A stretch of 64,000 bases of DNA. Origin: Clostridia bacterium. Its GTDB lineage: Bacteria; Bacillota; Clostridia; Oscillospirales; Acutalibacteraceae. The notes under the pieces are model-generated. The model did no database searches, was not told where the DNA came from, and saw only the letters and a program-made list of their open reading frames with translations. The position numbers and the translations under genes are program-made. Position 1 is the stretch's first letter. The number at the start of each line of letters is the position of its first letter. Where the stretch lies: contig JAFRJB010000018.1 in the NCBI GenBank assembly GCA_017432485.1, positions 1,953 through 65,952 on the forward strand, in the 5' to 3' direction. Below, piece after piece: positions 26,601 to 34,287 of this stretch.

Positions 26601-29240
26601 CAATCAAAGCAAGAATTGATAAAGCAGGCTTTCAAAGATTGGATATGGTCAGACCCCGACAGAAGAACAAAACTCTGTCGGTTATATAACGACAAATTCA
26701 ATTCTACACGACCTCGTGAATATGACGGAAGTCATATTATTTTTAGCGGAATGAACCCTGAAATAAACTTGCGCCCGCATCAAAAAAATGCCGTTGCGCA
26801 TATCCTCTATGGAGGCAATACGCTATTGGCTCACGCAGTCGGTGCCGGCAAAACTTTTGAGATGGTTGCTGCTGCGCAAGAGAGCAAAAGACTTGGTTTA
26901 TGCACCAAGTCTTTATTTGTTGTCCCAAACCATTTGACGGAACAATGGGCAGCCGAATACTTAACGCTCTATCCTTCTGCAAACATTCTTGTCGCTACTA
27001 AAAAGGATTTTGAAACAAAGAACCGTAAAACCTTCTGCGGCAGAATTGCAACAGGCGATTATGATGCTGTTATCATCGGGCATTCGCAGTTTGAAAAGAT
27101 ACCAATGAGCTTAGAGCGACAGCGATATTTAATCGAACAACAGATTGATGAAATCGTTGAGGGCATTGATGAGGCAAAGAGAAACAACGCAGAGAACTTC
27201 ACGGTCAAGCAGATGGTGAGAACAAAAAAGAGCCTTGAAACTCGATTAGCTAAACTTAATGACCAAAGCCGAAAGGATGACATCGTCACCTTTGAAGAAC
27301 TCGGCATTGATCGTATCTTCATTGACGAAAGCCATTACTACAAAAACCTTTTCCTTTATACCAAAATGAGAAATGTCGGCGGTATCGCTCAAACCGAGGC
27401 ACAGAAGTCCAGCGACCTGTTTATGAAGTGCCGATACCTTGATGAAATCACCGGCGGCAAAGGTTCCGTATTTGCCACAGGCACACCCATTTCCAATTCA
27501 ATGGTTGAACTTTACACCATTCAGCGCTATTTGCAATACCACACTTTGCAAATGAATGGGCTGCAGTTATTCGATGCTTGGGCATCCACCTTCGGTGAAA
27601 CCGTGACCGCTGTGGAACTCACTCCCGAAGGTTCGGGCTATCGCGCCAAGACACGCTTTGCGCGCTTCTATAACCTGCCTGAACTGATGGCGATGTTCAA
27701 GGAAATTGCTGATATTCAAACAGCCGATATGCTTGACCTGCCTGTCCCTAAAGCAAACTACCACAACATTGCCGTAAAGCCTTCGGAGTTACAAACCAAG
27801 ATGGTAGAAGGTCTCTCGGAGCGAGCAGATAAGGTGCGCAATCGTCAGGTTGATTCCAATGTCGATAATATGCTTGTCATCACCAACGACGGTAGAAAAT
27901 TGGCACTTGACCAGCGAATGATTGATGAGATGCTTCCCGATTATGAGGGCAGTAAGGTCAACGCCTGTGTCGATAATATCTTTGAGATATGGGAAGCCAA
28001 TGCCGACAAAAAATCTGCGCAGTTAGTGTTCTGTGATCTGTCCACTCCGAAGCAAGGAACCTTCTCCGTGTACTTTGACATTCGTGACAAGCTGATCGCA
28101 AAGGGTATCCCTGCGGATGAAATCGCTTTTATTCACGATGCCAAAACGGAAACACAAAAGGCAGACCTCTTTAAGAAAGTGCGTAGCGGTGAAGTCCGCG
28201 TGTTAATGGGCAGCACACAGAAGATGGGTGCAGGTACAAATGTGCAAGACCGCTTAATTGCCTTGCACGATTTAGATTGTCCTTGGCGACCTTCCGACTT
28301 GGAGCAGCGTTCCGGCAGAATTATCCGACAAGGCAACGGTAACGAAGAAGTAGATATTTTCCGCTATGTTACCGAGCAAACCTTTGATGCCTACCTCTAT
28401 CAATTAGTGGAAGGAAAACAAAAATTTGCCTCTCAAATTATGTCAAGCAAGTCTCCTGTTCGGTCGGCTGAAGACATTGATGAAACGGCATTATCGTATG
28501 CTGAAATCAAGATGCTTGCGACCGGTAACCCGTATATTAAAGAGAAGATGGACTTGGATATTCAGGTACAAAAACTGCGCCTGTTAAAATCCAACTTTTT
28601 GTCGGAACGATACTCATTAGAAGACAAGGTTCTCTCCTACTTCCCGCAAAAAATCACGGAATATGATGAGCGTATTGCTGGTTTGGAGAAAGATATAGTC
28701 ACTGCAAAAGAGCATCCAAAAGCCAACGGCGATAGTTTTGTCGGTATGGTAGTCAACGGTATTCCCTACTCCGAAAGAGCAGATGCCGGTGCCGCTATTA
28801 TTGATGTATGCAAAACCTTACCCGATACGCAGACCTATCCTTTAGGCGAATATAGAGGGTTTAAATTGGAAGTGAACTATGATAGCTTTGAGCATCAGCA
28901 TCGCGTATTCATTAAAGGTGCAATCACTTATCAAGGAACACTCGGTACAGATGGTGTCGGTAATGTGGTAAGAATTGATAACATTATCGACGGATTGGAA
29001 GCGACATTAAACACTACTAAACAACAACGGGAGAACACTCAAATGCAGTTTGAAACCGCAAAAGAAGAAATTAAAAAGCCGTTTGTAAAAGAGGAAGAAT
29101 TAAAGCAAAAAGAAGCAAGGCTTAATGAGTTAAATGCTCTTTTGAATGTTGATAAAAAGGAGAATGACCTTGTTGATGATGTGCCTGATGCAACAGATTC
29201 CTCACCGAGTAAAGTACCCGTTGACAGAGATGCTCGTTGA
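20607..29240 (+). CDS. polyvalent conjugative-element protein: ArdC_N-like ssDNA-binding domain, disordered linker, MutS domain-I-like module, N6-adenine DNA methyltransferase, SNF2-family helicase
   Basis: AGGAGG precedes the ATG at 20607. N-terminus [35 protein letters not shown]. MutS-I-like [31 protein letters not shown]...[30 protein letters not shown]. MTase motifs [11 protein letters not shown] and VVGNVPFG. Helicase motifs [19 protein letters not shown] and [11 protein letters not shown]. Ends in DRDAR. Confidence 0.85.
   Translation: [2877 protein letters not shown]
21439..21795 (+). CDS. tnpV: TnpV-family ORF nested in the +1 frame inside the polyvalent gene
   Basis: AAAGGAG lies 8 nt upstream of the ATG at 21439. 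The product is MTQVQYTTVNGMKLPNLVLPQDKQIHFGRYAEMHRQFLKENHKPYYTSLK...AKKEGLTEALKAQNMMAWVQGMNNLKSRVQEIVLTEVVYQR, which I recognise as the TnpV pattern (from memory of Tn4451-type TnpV). G/C is enriched at third positions of this frame. Confidence 0.55.
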   Translation: MTQVQYTTVNGMKLPNLVLPQDKQIHFGRYAEMHRQFLKENHKPYYTSLKMQCKLDSHLGEIQTRATEMESRLMKQMAKKEGLTEALKAQNMMAWVQGMNNLKSRVQEIVLTEVVYQR

Positions 29241-29250
29241 TAAATTTCTG

Positions 29251-29278
29251 TTGAATTATTCTGTATGTTTGGTATAAT
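29251..29278 (+). promoter_or_regulatory. sigma-A-type promoter with an extended -10
   Basis: TTGAAT, 16 nt spacer, TGgTATAAT, located 11 nt after the polyvalent gene stop. Confidence 0.55.
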
Positions 29279-29539
29279 AGTTATGGTTGAATTTGTATTG
29301 TTGAAGAACATAAGGCAGTACAAATTAAACTCCTCACATAGATAATTAGATTATGCAAAGACTTTTCATTATCATAATTGTTCTGAAGATAATGAAGCAT
29401 TCGTGCGGTTTAAAAAAGCTCTCGGTAGCGACCATTCTCTATTGCATACTAAATCACAAAGAAAGTCTTTGCTTGCCGTGAAGGTTAAAGCAAATGAAGT
29501 CCAGAGTGATAACCTTCTATGTAGAAAGGAGATGCGACT

Positions 29540-29728
29540 ATGGCAAAACCAAAAAAGGTTTCCGGCAAGACACACACGAAGCAGCAGTTAGATAATTATG
29601 CAAACCAGCATAACCCTAACAATAAAGCTTATAAAGCCAATCAAAGAAACCATAACAAATCAAAGCATAATCGTGTAGATAATGTCGCTGATTTAGAATG
29701 GTTCCAGTATGGCTGGTGTAATGATTAA
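29540..29728 (+). CDS. small basic Asn/Lys/Gln-rich protein with a DNYANQHNPNNKAYKANQRN motif
   Basis: RBS AAAGGAG. 62 aa. A terminator follows it. Function unknown. Confidence 0.55.
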   Translation: MAKPKKVSGKTHTKQQLDNYANQHNPNNKAYKANQRNHNKSKHNRVDNVADLEWFQYGWCND

Positions 29729-29752
29729 GGAAACAAAGAACTAATTAGTAGG

Positions 29753-29786
29753 AACCCGTGAAGTAGAAATACCTCACGGGTTTTCT
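29753..29786 (+). terminator. rho-independent terminator
   Basis: AACCCGTGA-(12 nt)-TCACGGGTT followed by TTTCT. Confidence 0.65.
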
Positions 29787-29806
29787 ATTTTGAAGAGGAG
29801 GTTTAA

Positions 29807-30157
29807 ATGTTAAAGAAACCTAAACCGAGTGACCAACTCTACTTCAAAATGAAGAAAGAGTTAGAGGCATTCAAAGCAGACCTTATGATAAAAACACCGA
29901 AAGAAATCCTCGAAGGTGCATATGAACTCACGATGAAAGAAGACCTCATATGTATCTTTGAAATGGAGGATAGGTTCTCGGATAAAGAGTGCCATGCATT
30001 ACTCAAATGTAAAGCACCTTTAGACTATCTCTATCAAGAATGGATGGACACCGATGTAACATATATGGATATGCTTCGTGACAGTGTTCGGTGCGCTATT
30101 GACAAACAAGTTGAGTCCCTTGCAAAAGCAGCAAGGCCGAGTCGAGATTGCAGATAG
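29807..30157 (+). CDS. hypothetical protein (conjugative-element accessory)
   Basis: RBS GAGGAGG. 116 aa. Ends in SRDCR. Confidence 0.65.
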   Translation: MLKKPKPSDQLYFKMKKELEAFKADLMIKTPKEILEGAYELTMKEDLICIFEMEDRFSDKECHALLKCKAPLDYLYQEWMDTDVTYMDMLRDSVRCAIDKQVESLAKAARPSRDCR

Positions 30158-30166
30158 AGGTAATGT

Positions 30167-31141
30167 ATGATTTCGAAAGAACAACTCCAAGAAGCAAAGC
30201 GCATTGACCTCTTAACCTATTTGCAAAACTATGAGCCGGATAATCTTGTTCCTGTTTCGGCGGGTGTTTACTCCACAAAGGAGCATGACAGCTTAAAGGT
30301 TTCCAATGGCTTATGGTATCAATGGTCGACAGGTATCGGCGGCAAGTCAGCACTTGACTACCTCATTAAAGTAAGGGGGCTATCTCTTACCGAGGCCGTG
30401 CAAACCATACTCGGCTATACTGCCGACCACCCACCTATCTTTGCAATAAATGAAGTGGAATATAGCACAAAAACCTTTAACCTTTCAGACTGTACTCCGC
30501 CTCATCAAAAGGTAATTGATTACCTTTTGAACGAGAGAGGTATAGATGAAACGATTGTCCATTATTGTGTTAAGCAAAGCTTAATACTTGAAAGCACCAT
30601 ACACCACAATGTAGTTTTCGTTGGGTATGACGAAACGAACATCCCTCGCTTTGGTAGCTTTCGAGCGTGCAACAGCACCCGCATTATGGGTGAGCTATCG
30701 GGAAGCAATAAGGCATACGCTTTTCGGCTAATCGGTAATTCCGAGGGCACAAAGATACACTTATTCGAGAGTGCTATTGACCTATTATCCTATGCCACCC
30801 TTCTTAAAAGAAAAGGGTTAAATTGGAAACAATATAACCTCATATCCCTATCAGGTATCCACCAACCTAACAAGCAAACAAAGGAGAGTAAACTCCCCAT
30901 ATCATTAGAAAGGTACCTTGATAATAACCCTCAAACAGAAACAGTTTATCTTCACCTTGATAACGATAAAGCCGGTAGGCTTGCTTCCAAAATGATGCAA
31001 ACCTTACTGCCAAAAAGTATAAAGGTCATTGATAACCCTCCCCCTGCGGGAAAGGATGTCAATGACTTTTTATTATCTCAAATCAAAGATAATAGCAGGT
31101 TTCAAAACACCAAGAAGAACAGAAACCTGCCCGAACGGTAA
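30167..31141 (+). CDS. DUF3991 plus Toprim domain protein (primase/topoisomerase-like conjugation protein)
   Basis: N-terminus IDLLTYLQNYEPDNLVPVSAGVYSTKEHDSLKVSNGLWYQWS. C-terminal Toprim HLFESAIDLLSY ... YLHLDNDKAGR. Ends in LPER. Confidence 0.75.
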   Translation: MISKEQLQEAKRIDLLTYLQNYEPDNLVPVSAGVYSTKEHDSLKVSNGLWYQWSTGIGGKSALDYLIKVRGLSLTEAVQTILGYTADHPPIFAINEVEYSTKTFNLSDCTPPHQKVIDYLLNERGIDETIVHYCVKQSLILESTIHHNVVFVGYDETNIPRFGSFRACNSTRIMGELSGSNKAYAFRLIGNSEGTKIHLFESAIDLLSYATLLKRKGLNWKQYNLISLSGIHQPNKQTKESKLPISLERYLDNNPQTETVYLHLDNDKAGRLASKMMQTLLPKSIKVIDNPPPAGKDVNDFLLSQIKDNSRFQNTKKNRNLPER

Positions 31142-31261
31142 AAACGCAATTTTGCGTTGCGTTATCGTAGCGAGCAGACCCTTTGTGCCACAAAATGCGG
31201 CAAAACGGTAACTCGTGAGGGGATAACTCCCCTAAAACCCCAAAAAAGAAAGGATGATGTA

Positions 31262-31420
31262 ATGAACTTCTTAACCATTTTTATTTTCTGCTTCTTGGGT
31301 GCGGCACTCGGTGTCGGCATTTATGAAATCACAAAAATCAATCCTGTCAAAAGAGATAAAAACGATTTGGAAACGGAGGTGAATGCCGATGTACTGGAAG
31401 AAGAAACTCAAAACAAATGA
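31262..31420 (+). CDS. small single-pass membrane protein
   Basis: AAAGGA precedes the ATG at 31262. MNFLTIFIFCFLGAALGVGIYEI... Confidence 0.5.
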   Translation: MNFLTIFIFCFLGAALGVGIYEITKINPVKRDKNDLETEVNADVLEEETQNK

Positions 31421-31790
31421 GAAAGTTGCAGAGGATTTTTTAACGCTGCAATTGCTCTCAAATTTAAACGATGTGCTTGCAATCGAAACCAAAAATCACT
31501 CGGAAATTTTAAAAGTGATTGCAGACAGTATGCTCTCCAAATATCCGATTGAAAAATTGAGTGCGTTAGTTGCCAACCACATTCGTTACACTTACACTCA
31601 TTCAAAAGAATGTGTGTTTGATGATGAAGTATTAGTGTGGGCATCCGGCTATAACGACTTCAAAACATTTTCAATTGATGTAAACGGAAAGCATTTCACC
31701 GACAAAGATTTGCTTATCAAAAATCTCACACCGAGTGATGCAAACTTCTTTGCTTGGTATTGTATTGAAAGAACCGTGAATTCAAAATGA
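31383..31790 (+). CDS. hypothetical protein
   Basis: RBS GGAGGTGA. 135 aa. Stop/start overlap with the MobC-like gene. Confidence 0.6.
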   Translation: MPMYWKKKLKTNEKVAEDFLTLQLLSNLNDVLAIETKNHSEILKVIADSMLSKYPIEKLSALVANHIRYTYTHSKECVFDDEVLVWASGYNDFKTFSIDVNGKHFTDKDLLIKNLTPSDANFFAWYCIERTVNSK

Positions 31791-32113
31791 GAACAAAAAG
31801 TATCAGTAGACACTTTCGACTTTCAAAGGAAGAAAATGAACTTCTCAAAAAGAAAGCAGAGCAATGTGGTTTGACAGATGCTGCCTTCATCCGAATGGCA
31901 ATTCATTCTCTGGTGCCCAAAGAAAAGCCCGATGAAGAATTCTACACTGCCATTCGTCAACTCACAGGCATCAGTATTAACCTAAATCAGTTAACCGCAA
32001 AAGCAAACTCTCTCGGCTTTATTGATGTTCCTTTACTTCACAAATTAGCTGATGACATTTCAAAACTGCAAAGCGAATTATTTTCCAAATATTTATTTCC
32101 TGATGAGGAGTGA
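31787..32113 (+). CDS. MobC-type relaxosome accessory protein
   Basis: FRLSKEENELLKKKAEQCGLTDAAFIRMAI ... GISINLNQLTAKANSLG. Located immediately upstream of the relaxase. Confidence 0.8.
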   Translation: MRTKSISRHFRLSKEENELLKKKAEQCGLTDAAFIRMAIHSLVPKEKPDEEFYTAIRQLTGISINLNQLTAKANSLGFIDVPLLHKLADDISKLQSELFSKYLFPDEE

Positions 32114-33495
32114 AAGAATTGGCAGTCACAAAACTATGGGTAGTCAATGACAATCTCGGCAGAGTAATTGACTATGCGAAGAACCCTACAAAAACACATA
32201 AACCTAAGTATTCTAAAGAGGATATTCAATCGTTAAGAGATGTATTGGCATATGCAACCGATGAGGAAAAGACGGACAAAGAATTGTATGTTACGGGCAT
32301 ACACTGTGATAAGCACAATGCCCGTGCCGACTTTATCAGAGTTAAAAAACAATTTCAAAAAACGGATGGCGTACAAGCCTATCACGGATATATGAGTTTT
32401 GCTCCGGACGAACTTACTCCGGATGAATGTCACCAAATCGGAATTGAATTTGCACAGCGAATGTGGGGAGACAAGTTTCAAGTTGTTGTCACAACTCACT
32501 TGAACACAAAGTCTTTACACAATCATTTTGTCGTTAATTCTGTTTCATTTGTTGATGGTAAAAGACTACATAATGAAAAAGCATGGTTCATTTTTCGTAG
32601 AGTTGCAGATGACATTTGCAAGGAACACGGTTTGGGTATTATCGAAAAACCGGAAACACATATTGACTCTCGCTTTCTGCAAGAATGCGATAAAAAGAAT
32701 ATGCCGACTCGGTACAATCTTGCTAAAGCCGCAATTGATGATGCCATCGCACACAGCCGAACAATGGGTGAGTTTCAACGCAACTTAATAAAGCTCGGTT
32801 ATTACTATGATCTTAGTAAGAATCGCAAGTATTGGACTATTCGCCCAATGGGCAGCAAAAAGTCCATTCGGCTATATCGGCTCGGTGAAGAATACACCAA
32901 TAAGCGTATTCAAAAAAGAATAGAAGAAAACACATTAAAACGAAATTTTCAAAGAAACTTTCAAGGTTATTCACCACCGCCATATAACCCGCACTATGAC
33001 ATTCGCAGAGTCAAAGGCAGTCTATATAACCTCTATTTATATTACTGCTATCGCCTCGGTTGCTTTGACAAACCCGAACAAAAACAACCGCCACACAAAC
33101 TTCACTATCTGATTCGACAGGATTTAATGAAAGTCGAAAAATATTCCCAAGAAGCAAGACTGCTCGGCAAGCATCACATTGATACTACCGAGCAGCTTTT
33201 GTCATTCAAAGAGTCTTGCGAAAAGGAAACGGATGCTTTAATTGAGGAACGAAAGCACCTGCGAAACCAAGAACGACATAAAGATATATCTGAGAGTGAG
33301 CGTTCCGAAATCAAAAGCAAAATTGCTTCCATTTCAAAAAAACTCAAAGAATTGCGCACCGACATTTCACTTTGCGAAGATATTGTCGAACGCTCCCAAG
33401 AAATTGAGAGACGAACGGAGCAGATACGCAAAGATGATGAAAAATTAAAAACAAAGGAGGTAAGGTCGCATGAGCAATTCCAGCGACGCCGCTGA
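32110..33495 (+). CDS. relaxase/mobilization nuclease (MobA/VirD2 family)
   Basis: (M)AVTKLWVV... N-terminus and histidine triad THLNTKSLHNHFVVN. A TTG at 32119, 8 nt after GAGGAG, is an equally good start. Ends in QRRR. Confidence 0.85.
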   Translation: MKELAVTKLWVVNDNLGRVIDYAKNPTKTHKPKYSKEDIQSLRDVLAYATDEEKTDKELYVTGIHCDKHNARADFIRVKKQFQKTDGVQAYHGYMSFAPDELTPDECHQIGIEFAQRMWGDKFQVVVTTHLNTKSLHNHFVVNSVSFVDGKRLHNEKAWFIFRRVADDICKEHGLGIIEKPETHIDSRFLQECDKKNMPTRYNLAKAAIDDAIAHSRTMGEFQRNLIKLGYYYDLSKNRKYWTIRPMGSKKSIRLYRLGEEYTNKRIQKRIEENTLKRNFQRNFQGYSPPPYNPHYDIRRVKGSLYNLYLYYCYRLGCFDKPEQKQPPHKLHYLIRQDLMKVEKYSQEARLLGKHHIDTTEQLLSFKESCEKETDALIEERKHLRNQERHKDISESERSEIKSKIASISKKLKELRTDISLCEDIVERSQEIERRTEQIRKDDEKLKTKEVRSHEQFQRRR

Positions 33496-34285
33496 ACAAA
33501 TTGTCCACTTTACTTTGGAAGGTGTCGAGGTTGCGGCTAAAATCACAGGCGAAGCCGCAAGAGATATTGCGGGTTTAATCGCCGCAGCCATTAAAAACCC
33601 CAAGAATAAACGGACAAAAGGCAGAACAAGATTATCAAGGTTGCTTAAATCCGGCAAGGAATTAACTGTCTTTTCTCTCAAACAAAGAGACTTAGAACAG
33701 TTTACCCGTAACGCAAAAAAATACGGTGTCCTATATACCGTGCTGCGTGACAGAACAACAAAGAAGCATCCCGATGCCGAAATTGATATTATCGCCAGAG
33801 CGGAAGACGGCTCAAAAATTCAAAGAATAATTGAGCGCTTTGGTCTTAATCTCACAGAAGAACAAAAGGCAACCATTGTCAACGAATCTCAAAAAGAACT
33901 TGAGGAAAGAGCGGCAAAAGAAAAGGATAAGCCCGAAAAGAGCAAATCCGAATTGGTTGCCGAAAAAGCCCTCGGAAAACCGGTTCAAAAAGAGGAGAAC
34001 GAACAGGAAAACCCCTCTTTGGGTTCGATAGAAAAAGACCCTCTATCCGAACCGCAATCGATGAAAAAAGAGACATCATCTACAATCAATCATGAGGGTG
34101 TCGCCAAACCTTCCGTGAAAGAAAAGATTGATGCCTACAGGGCACAAATCAAAAAAGAAAAGGAAGAAAAGGCGAGAGAATCGCTCGAAGTCGATTTGCC
34201 AAAAAAGGCAGATAAACCGAGAGTAACCGAACACAAACAGCCGATTATTCCCCCAAGGAAAATCAAAACAGAAAAGGAGAAATAA
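33470..34285 (+). CDS. PcfB-family (DUF3801) conjugation protein
   Basis: RBS AAAGGAGG. LSRLLKSGKELTVFSLKQRDLEQFTRNAKKYGVLYTVLRD. Confidence 0.75.
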   Translation: MSNSSDAAEQIVHFTLEGVEVAAKITGEAARDIAGLIAAAIKNPKNKRTKGRTRLSRLLKSGKELTVFSLKQRDLEQFTRNAKKYGVLYTVLRDRTTKKHPDAEIDIIARAEDGSKIQRIIERFGLNLTEEQKATIVNESQKELEERAAKEKDKPEKSKSELVAEKALGKPVQKEENEQENPSLGSIEKDPLSEPQSMKKETSSTINHEGVAKPSVKEKIDAYRAQIKKEKEEKARESLEVDLPKKADKPRVTEHKQPIIPPRKIKTEKEK

Positions 34286-34287
34286 GC

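Noticed and set aside
20742-29323. Numerous 60-170-aa antisense or off-frame ORFs within the polyvalent gene (e.g. 20742..21248, 24954..25376, 25076..25519)
   Set aside because: None has an RBS or a recognisable product, unlike the TnpV-like ORF at 21439, which I kept.
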